A stretch of DNA of 64,000 nucleotides from assembly GCF_035594765.1 (NCBI RefSeq), contig NC_085844.1, positions 25,559,923 through 25,623,922 of the forward strand. Direction: 5' to 3'. This stretch comes from Anolis carolinensis (lineage: Eukaryota). Position numbers and translations under genes: made by a program. Under the pieces are notes generated by a model. That model searched no databases. It worked only from the letters and a program-made list of their open reading frames with translations, and was not told where the DNA came from. Below are positions 36,226-50,085 of the stretch, piece by piece; within the stretch, counting starts at the first letter, position 1, and every line of letters begins with the position of its first letter.

Positions 36226-36560
36226 GTAAATGTAAAGGTTTCCCCTGACATTAAGTCCAGTCGTGTCCGACTCTGGGGGTTGGTGCTCATCTCCATTTCT
36301 AAGCCGAAGAGCCGGCGTTGTCTGTAGACACTTCCAAGGTCATATGGCCAGCATGACTGCATGGAACACCATTACCTTCCTGCCAGAGCAGTACCTATTG
36401 ATCTACTCACATTTGCATGTTTTCGAACTGCTAGGTTGGCAGAAACTGAAGCTAACAGCGGACGCTCACTCCGCTCCCCGCATTCGAACCTGCAACCTTT
36501 TGGTCCACAAGTTCAGCAGCTCAGTGCTCAGTGTTTTAACACGCTGTGCCACCGGGGGCT
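36226..36560 (-). mobile_element. Sauria SINE
   Basis: gtaaaggtttcccctgacattaagtccagtcgtgtccgactctgggg...gccaccgggggct; near full length. Confidence 0.92.
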
Positions 36561-36636
36561 TCTATAGGAAGTATCAAAGTCATTCTATCTAAGCAGGAAA
36601 GAACCGTATTTCATATTTTTGAAGGAATCCCTAGAG

Positions 36637-36771
36637 TAATGGTTCTCAACCTGGGTTCCCCAGATTTTTTTGTCTTACAACTCCCAGAAATCCCAGCCAG
36701 GTTACCAGCTGTTAGGATTTCTGGGAGTTGAAAGTCAAAAACACCTGGGGACCCCAGGTTGAGAACCACTG
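36637..36771. mobile_element. hAT MITE with SPIN-like TIRs
   Basis: TIRs taatggttctcaacctg and caggttgagaaccactg; perfect 8-bp TSD ccctagag (36629-36636, 36772-36779); foldback interior. Confidence 0.9.
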
Positions 36772-38147
36772 CCCTAGAGTAACTTTATTGTAATGAATGC
36801 TTACACAGTATCACACAATTATCTGTCTGGATGGCATGGCAGAAATAAAGAAAGACTTGTAAATACTTTTGATTTCTCATTTTGAAGCCTCCCTACGACC
36901 AGATATTAATGAGTTGCCTTGCAAATATAATCTTCTGCATATATATTTTTGATTTATATTAACTATACTCTGGTTTTTCAGCATTGACTTGCTTTTTTAT
37001 ATTCTTGAATAGGTACAGAAAAATTTCCCTTTAACATATACGGTATGTGAAATAAGATTCAAGTAAAGCGGGGGCGGGGAAAGTGTTACAAAATATTTAT
37101 CACAGCACACAATACAACAAATTATTTCCTTGTCATTATTTGTATTACAGAGCTGGAGGGAGCAAGGAAGTACAGAAGTAGAGAACTAGAATACTTCCTT
37201 CCAAGTAACTCTCGCAGTGATAGCATTCTGTTTTCATCTCAAAGACATCCATCCACCTACACTTTTCTACGAATAGGAGCATGATACCAGTCCTCGTCAA
37301 TTAAAATTACATGTGATAGTATGAAGCAATGTATGTGAGGTATAGGAAATTCATGTTGGAAAAAGAAGAGTGGAAAAACTGCTTGAAGCTCTCACCCCTT
37401 AGTGCAGACCTTTCCAACAACTTCAAAGTGCCCAGAATCTGGTGGCAGGATTGAAATATGAATGGTAAAATATGGTAAATCATTGTATTTCATTGCAAGA
37501 AGAGGGATTTCTGCAGGGCTTTACAATGGCATTTATGTTAATGCTCGTTTATTCCACCAGTCTGTAGTTCTGACGTGCTGTTGCTTTAGAATTATGTCCT
37601 GGGCTCCTGCTTTTCTGCACGTTCCTTTCCAATTAGAGCTCACATAAAGACGATTCAGATAATCCGATCATGTCTTTAAGATATGCACAAGCTCTATGTA
37701 CCTGCACATCATTCCTTTGCTCCCAGGTTTCTCCTCTTTTAGCATGAGGGAATGAAGAAGCCCAAAACCTGTGATTTGTCATAAAATTTGGTCAACATAC
37801 AAATGTGGAATTGTGCTTATTGGCTTCAAAAGAAGCCAGGATTTGAAAACTGATGATTCATATATCATAGGAAGACATCCTGCATTTATTTTATGCACAC
37901 ACTGTTTTAGTAAGCTAGTTTGATTTTCTGGATGCAACTACTGAATGTGAAGTCATATAGCCTTTCAGAATGTGCCACAGAGGAGCATTTCTATGGAAGC
38001 AAAATACTGGTGCTTATTGTACTGTGCTGTGGTTGTTGAGCTTGGACCCCCCACTGGTATAAGTCTATCAAAACTATAACACAGTGCTATAGAGCTACAA
38101 GTAAGAATTCTGAAAGTGAAACAAGGCTGGAGACTGAGTCTCAAATG

Positions 38148-38283
38148 CAGACATCCTCAAACTGCGGTCTTCCAGCTGTTTGAGCCTCCAACTCCCAGAA
38201 TTACTGACCATTGAACAAGTTACCTAGGGCTTCTGGGAGTTGGAGTCTCAAACAGCTGGAAGGCTGAAGTTTGAGGATGCCTA
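38148..38283. mobile_element. hAT MITE
   Basis: TIRs cagacatcctcaaact and agtttgaggatgccta; foldback interior. Confidence 0.75.
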
Positions 38284-38510
38284 CTTTACAACGAGTCAGT
38301 AGCAACTGTCCTGGGTTTCCCATTCATTCTTGGAGAAGCCAAAGACTGAGTCTTATGCACATAAACAACTTTCTTTACTACTGATCTATGGGTCTTCCTT
38401 CAGAAAACAAGCTGTTGTGGCTCATAGAATGTTAGCCACTAAGATGGAGTAATAAGAAGAGTTAATTGGGGGAATGTAACATTTTAAAGATGGTACAATA
38501 ATTTCAGATG

Positions 38511-38729
38511 TAGTATGATCCCCATATCCACAGGACTAGTACCCATGGTTTCATTTATCCATATCTAAAAAAAAAGTTCTCACTAGGCATGTTTTACGTC
38601 CTCCAATGTGACTCAGTGGTATTCCTGGGTTGGAGGTCCTTCATTTCAATGGGATTTGGTATTATTAATGATTTAGCATATCCAAACAAAGTCCAGGAAT
38701 GCCTCCCCATGGATATGGGGATCATATTG
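38511..38729. mobile_element. Tc1/mariner (Tigger-like) MITE
   Basis: Inverted ends agtatgatccccatatcca and tggatatggggatcatatt. Confidence 0.65.
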
Positions 38730-38769
38730 TTGTTGTTGTTGTTAATTTATATACTGCTATTCTCCATGC

Positions 38770-39502
38770 CGAAAGCGAGAAGGAGCTGAGGAGCCTTATC
38801 ACCAAGGTGAAAGAAGAAAGTGCAAAAGCTGGGTTGCAATTAAACGTCAAGAAAACCAAGATCATGGCAACTACACCTATTGATAACTGGAGAAAACGTG
38901 GAGGCAGTGACAGACTTTATATTTCTAGGCGCGAAGATCTCTGCAGATGCAGACTGCAGCCAGGAAATCAGAAGACGTTTACTTCTTGGGAGGAGAGCAA
39001 TGGCCAACCTTGACAAAATAGTGAAGAGCTGAGACATCACACTGGCAACGAAGGTCCACATAGTCAAAGCAATAGTATTCCCCATAGTAACTTATGGCTG
39101 CGAGAGCTGGACCGTAAGGAAGGAAAATAGACACTTTTGAACTCTGGTGCTGGAGGAAAATCCTGAGAGTGCCTTGGACCGCAAGAAGATCCAACCAGTC
39201 CATCCTCCAGGAAATAATGCCCGGCTGCTCACTGGAGGGAAGGATATTAGAGGCAAAGCTGAAGTATTTTGGCCACATCATGAGGAGACAGGAAAGATTG
39301 GAAAAGATCACGATGCTGGGGAAAATGGAAGGAAAAAGGAAGAGAGGCCGACCAAGGGCAAGATGGATGGACGGTATCCATGAAGTGACTGGCTTGACCT
39401 TGAAGGAACTGGGGTGATGATGGCTGACAGGGAGCTCTGGCGTGGACTGGTCCATGAGGTCACAAAGAGTCGGAGACGACTAAACGACTGAGCAGCAGCA
39501 GC
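38770..39502 (+). mobile_element. 5'-truncated BovB (RTE-clade) LINE inserted in an L2 tail
   Basis: AESEKELRSLITKVKEESAKAGLQLNVKKTKIM and LKYFGHIMRR...GKMEGKRKRGRPRARWMD; (AGC)n tail; 11-bp TSD attctccatgc at 38759-38769 and 39503-39513. Confidence 0.93.
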
Positions 39503-40140
39503 ATTCTCCATGCAAGGGGACTCAAAACGGCTTACAACCCATAAAATCAGACAGTTACAATAAAAAATACAAATTAATTCCCCATGTAACAATTAATAAA
39601 TTAAAACATTTAAACATTAAAATATTTTTTTTAAAAAAAATTCCATTCCACATAACAAAAGATATAAAACTGATATAAAAACATATTAAACATACAATTT
39701 AAAAGCCATATCATATCCTATTACTTTCGGTCATAAGAAACAAATCAATCAATCAATATTGCATATCTTTAAATAATAGAGTCTCTTTGGGGAGGACAAT
39801 TGTTATCAGTGTGAAAAAGTTAAAATGTTTGTCATGGTGGACTGTGCTGCATGTTTTAAGCTATGCAATTATATTCTGAAATGAAAACCGGGAAGCCCCC
39901 ATTTAATCACTATAAAATTGTTTTAGCAAATGATGGCAGAACCTGTGGCAAAAAAAGCAATTGTAACGCATCATTTGAACCACTTGTCTATCTCTTTGCT
40001 GTTTTAGTACCCATAGAAGAAATGAAAAATCTATGTAGTTTAAATGTAATATAGAGAGGCTTATATTATTTTCTTTGTGACAGATTCCACAGCTATTTTT
40101 TCACTGCTTGATATAGAGACTAAGTTAGGCCTCAGGGAAG

Positions 40141-40142
<2 letters not shown>

Positions 40143-40213
<71 letters not shown>
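40143..40213. repeat. (AT)n(AG)n compound microsatellite
   Basis: Direct reading. Confidence 0.95.
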
Positions 40214-40223
<10 letters not shown>

Positions 40224-40461
40224 CGGCAGGATTTGCCTAACAGCAGCATCTTTTTCCCTCCTGCAACTTTATCCACCTTCCCTTATACATAAAAAGCATT
40301 TTATTCCATGTTTCTTTTAAAAAATATGCACACCATTAGTTATCTCCTTCTTAATCCCTCTCAGAACCAGTAGATTGTTTGTCTAGAAAGCCTTACTTCA
40401 GTATCAGCTGCTGTGTTTGCTACTCTCCCTTCCTCTCCTTTCCGGCGACCAGCCTCCCTGC

Positions 40462-40742
40462 NNNNNNNNNNNNNNNNNNNNNNNNNNNNNNNNNNNNNNN
40501 NNNNNNNNNNNNNNNNNNNNNNNNNNNNNNNNNNNNNNNNNNNNNNNNNNNNNNNNNNNNNNNNNNNNNNNNNNNNNNNNNNNNNNNNNNNNNNNNNNNN
40601 NNNNNNNNNNNNNNNNNNNNNNNNNNNNNNNNNNNNNNNNNNNNNNNNNNNNNNNNNNNNNNNNNNNNNNNNNNNNNNNNNNNNNNNNNNNNNNNNNNNN
40701 NNNNNNNNNNNNNNNNNNNNNNNNNNNNNNNNNNNNNNNNNN
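40462..40742. other. Assembly gap
   Basis: Run of N. Confidence 1.
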
Positions 40743-43064
40743 TTGAATTCTGCATTACAGTACATTAAACAGAAAATTCTTCAAGCGTGATGACAAAGCT
40801 TGAAACCTTGCCTCAAAGCTGTTCCTTGTAGCTTTCTTTAACATTTCAGACTTTATGGTGCAAGCCTCCCGTTGACACAACTTTAGTCCAGCTATGAAAA
40901 ATCACAGAGCCTCACAGGGATTAAAAGAAATAAAGGGGAAGGGGAGGGGGGGTAAAGAAATGTGTGAAAGCTGGTCTTGGCACTTCTCTTCTCTTAGTAT
41001 ATCTATTGAAACTATATTACCAGCAGACTAGAACCTGAGATGTATTATAGAGGACTGTAATCTAACAATTTCAAATGCAAGAGTATGCTCATTCTGTTCA
41101 GGTGCTTTCATGCATGTTCTTTTTTTTCCAAGGACGTACAGTGGCTCACAATATCTCCTATTAGCACATTATATATGTTGCCTGAGGATTTCATCAGCCT
41201 AGGAACTGAAAAAGGCACCGACCTTTCTTTCTCTGTCCTAGTCTTCATCATAAGAAATTTGAATATCAACAGCTTACAACTATGGATTGGATTTTGAACT
41301 ACTCTGTCAGAAAGAAGTGAATGGCAGGTAACTTTAGAATAAGATCAGCATCCAGATTCCAAGTACACTGCATTGTAAGTCTCACACTATGGTCATTTGT
41401 ATAGGGATGCAAATTGTTGCTTATTTTGCTTTTTCATGCAAGAAGGGAAAAAAACAGAAGTTTCTTCACATTCACTTTTAAAAGTTGTACATTTTGAAAA
41501 CTTTTTACATTTCAAAGGCATGTTTTGCATAAGGATTTATGTTGGAAAATAATTTTGTAATGTGCATGAGTTAATGTTTTCTGCAATTTTTCCTATTGTT
41601 TTCAGCAGATTATGTGTCACTTATCATTTTAAAACAATTGTTATGCCAGTCTGTCCTTAAAGTGTTAATGTGCTTTGCTTAATGAAGGAGAAAATAAATT
41701 TATTCGTGAAGAAATAAAGAATATTCACACATTTTCTCCTTTTCACAAAAAAGGGGTGAAAAACATTGACACAGTCCATAGAGAAAAGGTGTGCTGTAAT
41801 ATATTTTACATTTTAGAACTTTTGGTGAAATAAAATTGACTATGAAAAAACTGACTTTTACCTAAAGAGCTCTTGCTCGAAACCCAGTGTAAATCCTATC
41901 CTATTTTATGCATAAAAATGTGTTTGTACAAATTAAATAGATTTTGTACATTTTTTCTGCAACCAATCCTAAAGTATAGGAAAACGTCACAAATCAAATA
42001 GGAGAAGATTTACATCATTAGCAGTTTTGCACAGCGCTTCTGTGCTTACATTGTGGAGACCAATTTACACATAAAAAAGTACTGATCTTTTTATTCTTGT
42101 GTGTGGTAAAACATTTGGCACTTGACAAATGTTCAATGAGTTGTTTCGGTTTGTCAAGACACCCTTTCATATTGAAGATTAGAAAAATTGTAAATATTCT
42201 TTACATCTTTATTTTCTTTTATTTTTTCCTTGTCATAAAAATAAAGCCAGATGAATCCAATTTCGACCACACATCTTTCTAAAGTGGCACCATGGATTTA
42301 AACAATTTTCCATTGCCAAGCTAATATGAAGTCTGAGTCCTTTACTATAATACCAAGTAGTGACATATGTGCCCTTCAGTGTGTCCCATTTCTATATTAC
42401 ATGGAGTGATGGAGAAAACGCCTTTATGATATGAAGAAACAGCAAGCCACATAAATGATACAATGTATGAGTTGAGTCTTAACAGAAACACCCAATTCTA
42501 TAATGGTTCCATTTGCTACAGGTTTTCCCATTTTTATTTCTCAAAAGGACCACAAAGTGGCTGTAAACACTTTAAAAAAACAAAAACAAGGATAGCCTTA
42601 AAGTAAAAAATAAAACCACAATCACAATAAAAATACTAGAATAAAAATATCAAAACAGCAGAGAAAATGTGAAAAACTAGCAGTGTCCAGCAAAGCAGCA
42701 AGCACTACTGCCTACTTAGGGATTCTGAGAAATTGAAGCAAAGTCATAAAGGATCTCATTATAGAGGGGGGAAAGTACTGTTGAAGCACTTCACGCCTCT
42801 CTGCTCTAGGAACCACTGTTTTTCCTGCATTGGAAGTATTAGAGTCCAAGAAATCAAGAAGATTGACAGATGTAAAGCAACCATTTTGATGAGACACATG
42901 CAATGTATTTCTTTGCAACACACACTATAGGAGAATGTTTTGCAAAACGAAACACAGAAAACTGGTGGTGAAGGGATGGTGAGATCTGTGCCCCCATTAC
43001 AATTTCTATAGCAGTTGAGCAGAGCTGAGATCCACCTCCAAGAGAAAGGATAGATCATCTATGG

Positions 43065-43213
43065 TAGTGGTTCTCAATCTGTGGGTTTCCAGATGTTTTG
43101 ACTTTTAACTATAGTTCTGTTTATTATGTGTATTGTATTGTATTGTATTGCTTTTATCATGTTGGAAACCACTGTGAGTCCCCTTAGGAGATAGAGTGAT
43201 ATATAAATAAATT

Positions 43214-43263
<50 letters not shown>

Positions 43264-43360
43264 ATATAACTCCCAGAAATCCTAACAGCTGGTAAACTGG
43301 CTGAGATTTCTGGGAGTTGTAGTCCAAAACCCATGAGGACCCACAGGTTGAGAACCACTG
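43065..43360. mobile_element. hAT MITE with SPIN-like TIRs, interrupted by an L2-type tail plus (TTG)n (~43110-43265)
   Basis: TIRs tagtggttctcaatctgtggg and cccacaggttgagaaccactg; TSD atctatgg and atctgtgg (7/8). Confidence 0.85.
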
Positions 43361-45140
43361 ATCTGTGGTTTTGTTCTTCCAGCAGGAGCTTCTTGAACGT
43401 CTATAATAGAAATGAAATGGACTGGTGGACATAGTAGCGGTCACTTGATCTTTTGGCACCAATCTTCTGCATTTCTATGCTGCTAGGTCTGGCCCAAAAC
43501 AGTGTGCCCTGAAACGGAGTAGCACTAGCCATCCTCCCATCCACATCAAGAGATGTAGTATTTAAAACAATGCGAGTGAATTTGGTACATGAAGCAAGCA
43601 TTCCTTCTTCAACCTTGTGATAAAAACAACATTCAAATAAAACGAATAGATAATAATTATTCACCCAAAAATCTGCCAGCTGAGCCAGCTGCCTCACTCT
43701 GCCTAATGGATAGGACAGTCCTACTGGATACTTGGAGAGCAAAGAGAGGGAAGTCCAGTGAAAGATGCAGGGTGTGCTTCTTCTAAATTTGACTTGTTTC
43801 ACCTGCCCACCTCCTGCAAGTTTCTCTTCTGAATACAGGGCAGGTAGATGAAACAACTGCAGCCCAGTAACTTTCAGTAGATTATTCTAGGGGGTTATGT
43901 CTTGGTTTGCAAACAATTTGTTTATTTTTAAAAGATAAGCCAGGTACCTGGGATAGGGGTCGAGACAGAGAAACTGCATTTCCAGTTTCAAAATTTATAC
44001 AAACTCAAGTAGGCTTATAATTAGAAATAAGTGAATCATTATAAGTGTATTATAACAGGCATTGAATAATGTTTATTAACATTTTTATTAAAATTCATTT
44101 ATTAATAATAAATTCTATTTTAATGTATTTATATCCAAAAACAAACAACACCTTTGTGGAAATGCAGACTAGCTGACTTCCATGAAAAGGTTAAAATTGT
44201 CCCAGAGCAAGAAGAAATATTGCAAAATTTCTATGGCTGGAAAAAAAGAATTTTTTTATGTATGTACTCATTATAGCATGGCTTTCATACATACTCTTAT
44301 ACAGAACATTTTCTTCCTTTTCTGTCACATCTTAACTGCCTTTGCCCATCACACAATATCAGTATATTTGCTGGCTGGCTAGAGACCCAGTTCACTCCCT
44401 CATGTCTCATATGCTTCCGTTCCAACATTTCCAAGCATTTGCTACAGCTAACAGATCAACCCCATTAAGTTCATCACAGTTTCAGAGTTGAAGGTTAGGG
44501 CATATCAGTCAATTATTCCTGTGAATGATCCCTGTATGTGTGTTTTGTTTTGTTTAAAACAAAGACATATCTTTGTTATGATCTGTGTTCCAGTGTCTAG
44601 TTTCCTATCTAAAATGTATTCAGTAATATTTTTACAGAGAACTATAGTGATGCTGTTTATGAAGATTATGTTACAAAGCATCATATTATCAGACTCTGCT
44701 CTTGAATGCATCAAAGAAATACAGGGCAAGGTTTGCTAAAACTCCCCAACAAAATATTGAAGGATTTGAAACAACAAACCAGGAAGATGAAATGTAGAAT
44801 AAATATATTAATACATAATACATTTATAATTATTTAATAACTAAGCAACTTTTTCACAGTCTTTCTTTTTCTCTCAATTTGTCAAAGATCATCTTCTTTC
44901 AGAACTTTAATTTATAATTAAACTTGTACTGATCATATACTGAAGTAATTTACAATGTTATGATATATCCTGATTCAGTGTAGATATTATGTATGCTGAT
45001 ATCGATATACATTCTGTGTTTCTGCAATCCAATATATATCTGCTACATTATCAGTGCAACATTAAGCCAAAACAGGAGAGATATTTATGGAAAACCCACA
45101 ATAGCCAGAATATTCTCCATTTTGTACCATGTAAATCTTA

Positions 45141-45268
45141 GGGCCCTTCCACACAACCCAGAATATCAAGGCAGATAATCAGCAATATCTACTTTGAACT
45201 AGGTTATCTGATTCTATATAATATAATCCAGTTCAATGTGGATTTTCTACAGGTGTATGGAAGGGGCC
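45141..45268. mobile_element. Harbinger-type MITE
   Basis: TIRs gggcccttccacaca and tgtatggaaggggcc; TTA on both sides. Confidence 0.8.
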
Positions 45269-45271
45269 TTA

Positions 45272-45951
45272 GGGCCCATCCAAACAAAGCCCAAAACATG
45301 TGTGTTCACATGTTTGTACCAGAGGCACCTAAATGATGCCTCTGGTAAAATCAAATTAATTCAAGACAAAGCAGGAAAACCCTGCTTTGTCCTGAATTAA
45401 TTTGATACCTGGTAAGACCCAGATCTTTGATAAGTTCTGGATCTTTCCAGGTCTGGACTCAGTGTGTATTTGGTCTGGAGATCGTGTCACATGGTCGCTG
45501 GGCCCAATCCACACAGCCTTCTCGGGCTTTTCGGGTTGTACAAGCCCGGAAAACCCAGAGGGCACTACCCCCCCCCCCCAAAGCCTTAAAAATTAAAATA
45601 ACTTACCCGGCTGCCATTAAGGTCCTGCCAGAGTCCTCCTGGCATGTAGAAATAACACAACAGGAGAGGGGGGCATAAGGAAAATTGCTTCCCCCCCCCC
45701 CGGTCTCCTAGTGTGTCATTTCTATGCACCAGGAGGACTCTGACAGGACCTTTAAGCCCCCCCCCCCCCCAATTTAAATTGTTTTAATTGTAAGGCCTTT
45801 GAGGAGGGGTTGGGGTGTCTCGGTTCCTTCCTAGATACCCCTCTCGGAAACAGCAGGCTTTGTGGGGGGATGTGTAGGGACTTAAACATGCTTCTAAGTG
45901 GGTTTCTTAAACCCGCTTCGGTGTGCATTTAAATGCTGCCTGGAAGCGGCC
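45272..45951. mobile_element. Harbinger-type non-autonomous element
   Basis: Ends gggcccatccaaaca and tgcctggaagcggcc; TTA at 45269-45271 and 45952-45954; internal long hairpin 45620-45750. Confidence 0.7.
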
Positions 45952-46131
45952 TTAGATAACAGCTCACTATTCTTTTGGTCCTGCTGGACTTCTCAGCAGT
46001 TTTCAACACAACCATTCTTACTGGTATGGGACTTGGGGGTACTATTTTACAGTGGCCACGTTCTTTCTTGGAATAATGAACACAGAAGGTAGTGCTGGGG
46101 AATTCCTAGTTCACACCTTGGCCATTGGCCT

Positions 46132-46345
46132 ATAATAATAATAATAATAATAACAACTTTATTTTTATACCCCGCCTCCATCTCCCCGAAGGGGACTCAG
46201 GGCGGCTTACATGGGGCCAAGCCCGAATAAAAACAGTAGCAGTATAAAACACAGCAATCGACAACAACTTGCACAATAAAAAAAATAAAAAATAAAAATA
46301 AAACATTAGCCAATAAAAAACAAGAACTAATAAAAACATGGATTA
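46132..46345 (-). mobile_element. L2 3' tail
   Basis: (TAA)n-caactttatttttataccccgcctccatctccccgaaggggactcagggcggcttac. Confidence 0.75.
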
Positions 46346-46374
46346 AAACTGAGAGATTGTAAAAGTAGACTGGG

Positions 46375-46490
46375 TAAAGTGGGGCCTTTCAGGATTCAGT
46401 TCTGTCCCCCTTTGCTATATACATGTAAATGAGTTTTGGGGTATGATCCATCAGTAAGTAGATGACACCCAATTTCATTACTCCTTTCTG
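46375..46490 (+). mobile_element. Highly degenerate L2 RT fragment
   Basis: Remnants of QGSVLSP (caggattcagttctgtccccc) and HQYxDDTQ (catcagtaagtagatgacacccaa). Confidence 0.5.
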
Positions 46491-46711
46491 TCACAAGCCA
46501 AGGAAGTGATTTTGGCAATGCCAGTTTGGGACCAAAATAAAGACTTTTCTATTCTGGCAGGCATTAGGTGAATGACTATATTGAGCACATATTAAACAAT
46601 AAGCTGGATACTGATTATTGTAGGTCTAGAGTGTGTGTACGTTTTAATGATGTTATGTTTTAATCTGATTTCAATTTTATTTGATTGTTTAATCTTATTT
46701 TAACTTCTATA

Positions 46712-47041
46712 GGTAAAGGTAAAGGTTTCCCCTGACGTTAAGACTAGTCATGTCTGACTCTGGGGGTTGGTGCTTTTCTCCATTTCTAAGCTGAAGAGCC
46801 AGAGTTGTCCGTAGACACCTCCAAGGTCATGTGGCCGGCATGACTGCATGGAGCGCTGTTAACTTCCCACCGGAGCAGTACCTATTGATCTACTCACATT
46901 GGCATGTTTTCGAACTGCTAAGTAGGCAGAAGCTGGAGCTACCAGCGGCCGGAAACGCCGCTCCCGGGGTTTGAACCTGGGACCTTTCGGTCTGCAAGTT
47001 CAGCAGCTGAGTGCTTTAACACACTTCACCACTGGGGCTCC
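46712..47041 (-). mobile_element. Sauria SINE, full length
   Basis: (GGTAAA)n tail through to the head ggggctcc; perfect 14-bp TSD ttttaacttctata (46698-46711, 47043-47056). Confidence 0.95.
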
Positions 47042-47089
47042 TTTTTAACTTCTATATCTTGTGTTTTTATCTTGTGTTTTTTTTTAATT

Positions 47090-47308
47090 ATAGTTGGCCA
47101 TGAATTCTGCATCCATATATTCAACCATCAAAAAGCTTTAAAATATTAAAAATAAAATCCAAAAAGCAAACCATGATTTTGCCAATTTATATTAGGGATA
47201 TCACTTTACTACACCACTATATGTAATGGCACTTGAACATCCATGGCTTTTGGAATTCAGGCAGGGTCCTGGAATTAAACTGCTGTGGATACAAAAGACC
47301 TACTGTAT
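47090..47308. mobile_element. Tc1/mariner (Tigger/MER2-like) MITE, degenerate
   Basis: tatagttggcc...tgcatcc...attcaacc...aaaaagcaaacc...gtggatacaaaagacctactgta; TA ends. Confidence 0.6.
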
Positions 47309-47899
47309 GATTTATTTAATTGCTGTAAACTGATTTGAATCTGAGAAAAAGATAGGACAGAAATGATCCTCTTTCTGATCTGCCAGAAAGCAGACTTATG
47401 GGCATCTATAAAGTCCAACATTCCAATATTCATGCCAGGTTACATTGTATCCTTTCATTGGCTTAAATGTGCCTCAATTTTTAGCCATCCCCCCTCCCAA
47501 AAAATACAAATTATTTGAACACATACCCTCATTGACTAAAACATGCTTTTGCAGCATTTGTATGTACTTAGTGTGTACTTTTTTTTCTTTTTCACAATTT
47601 GAGATATGCACATTTTAAAGATATGTTCACAGCAACCTGTCAACATGATAATTCCATAGCATTAATTGTGTCTGACACACATATATACTGATTAGAATTA
47701 ATGATCAGGATATATCAGAATTAAATCAGAATTAAAACAAGTCCATCAAATTGTATCCTGCAAGAGAATTTTCATCCTCACAACACGCAAAAAGATACAT
47801 AGATATAACGTATGTCCTGAGCAAGCAATAACTTAGTTTGAAGATCTTCAGTCTAACTGGAGATGTGTTTAATGTTCACAAACCAAAAACAATGTTGAT

Positions 47900-48250
47900 A
47901 TAGTTCCCAGTTTTAAAAGTTAAACCCATTATTTGAAAGGAGAACTTTTAGAGAACTTTGTAAATGAATGGCAACCAATGATCCAACATCTCAATGTAAA
48001 ATTAATCTTAAAATGTATATAGGGGAACCTATAAAACTGTAGACAAGGAAGAAACGGATATTAGTTTAGAGCCTATGATACCTTTATATATACTATTTAA
48101 ATATAATATTGTGACCCCTTAAAGAAAATATATTATCTGAAAAATGTTTATGGAACACCAGTAGCTGGGAACTATTGCACTGTATGCAACAAACACTTAT
48201 AAATGTATATCTATTTGAATAAATAAAAGAAAGAAGGAAGGAAAGAAAGA
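47900..48250 (+). mobile_element. Possible L1/Tx1 3' end
   Basis: Translates ENFVNEWQPMIQHL (F...W.P...L C-terminal pattern), then AT-rich sequence and an aataaa/A-rich tail. Confidence 0.35.
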
Positions 48251-49905
48251 AATGTTGGTTTTAGTAACATTATTTCCTATATTGTCATGATTCAACTTTC
48301 TATATGATACTGACTCTCAAAGCATCTTCTGGGCAAATAGCTAGGAACATGACTGACAGTCCAATCCAGGAACCAAGGTAAGCCAACGTAATTGGACAAA
48401 AACCAGTTTATTGCATCAATTTCAGTGGGATTTGATCAGCTTAAATAGAAATACTTTGCTCAACTGAGAGTTACTCTGAAGACCACACTTACTCTGTAAC
48501 AGCTTATTAACATTAATTGCATCTTCCAGAATATAACTATAACTCTGTGTAAAGTTAAACATAAAATGCTTTAAAAATTAGAATACATAAAAAAGACTTG
48601 TACAACATAATGCTACACACACATACCTACTCAGAGGTAAGGTCCAACATTTTCCATTGGACTTACTTCTAAGTAAGCAGTATAAAACTGTAGAATGAAT
48701 TTATTTAAATCAGTGTATTATCATTGTTCCCACATTAATAGTGGTGGGTATTTTTCTGATGTTTAGGATTTTCAAAATATGCTATTCAGTTTCACATGTG
48801 CTGATCAGAAGAAGAAACTGATGAAGGTTTGGGGATTTTTTTTAAAAAAAAGTATTAGTAGTAAATGTATTCTAAATATGTTGCATGGAAATAATTTATA
48901 AAATATAAACTATTGTACAACAGTCTAATCTCAGATACGTGCACTTGTGTGTAACACTCAGATTGACTGCATTATGTGATCTTGTTGAAATCAATTAACT
49001 GGGTCCTTACAGTGCAAGGTACATTATTGCCCATTTGCCCAATCACCCTGGGAGACTGACGAGTCTTTCACTTGCATTATTAATTACTAGTGTTAGCTGG
49101 ACTCCCCAAGAAGCAAACCTCTAAGCACTTCCACGAGGGGGAGCCATGTAAATTTCTTTTTTTCCCTTGAAGATCTGTAATCATCAGCTAGCAACCACAT
49201 ACATACAAGGAGGATTTAAATGTTTTGTTCCATGTATTCATTTAACTGCTCACATCCAATACCCAGGTTGCTTTTTAACATTTTCCATTCATCTTCCTTG
49301 GGAACTAGTAATCACTATAAATATTATAACAAAGTTATTATCTTAATTAAATTGTTTATTCTCTTATTCTTTTTTATTATTATTAAAACCAGATTGGATA
49401 GCCAGAAGGCAAGTAACATATTAGTTTTATGTTCCAGAAACAGCTTTTTAAAAGTAGAGTTTCCAGTAATCAGTGAAAAATAAATGCAGAGATTTCTCCT
49501 CTTTTATTTTCCACAAAGTACACCTGCCAACATTCATTTCCTTCTGTGTCAGAAACACAGTGCAGGGAAATTTGACAGGAATCAGTATAAAATAGGCTGT
49601 GGATAAATTCATTCTTGTTTCATTTTATATAGACCTTTTTGCTCTCTGTTCTGATGGGTCTGTTTGAAAAGAATGACCAAGGTTTGATATTAGGCTTCTA
49701 GGTCATGGTTTCACCTTGACAACAGCTCTTTCATTTCAAGCAGTAACATTTGCCAGGATCCCTAAGGTGCTTTCATTTTTGTCAAACCTTGTTTTTTAAA
49801 AATAAAAATGCTATGAGTAGCAAAGGGGAAAAAAAGATAAATCTTAATTCACAAGCTGCAATACTATCTCTGTGTCTCCAGCACAAAACTTCAAATTCAA
49901 TCCAA

Positions 49906-50085
49906 NNNNNNNNNNNNNNNNNNNNNNNNNNNNNNNNNNNNNNNNNNNNNNNNNNNNNNNNNNNNNNNNNNNNNNNNNNNNNNNNNNNNNNNNNNNNNNN
50001 NNNNNNNNNNNNNNNNNNNNNNNNNNNNNNNNNNNNNNNNNNNNNNNNNNNNNNNNNNNNNNNNNNNNNNNNNNNNNNNNNNNNN
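49906..50085. other. Assembly gap
   Basis: Run of N. Confidence 1.
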
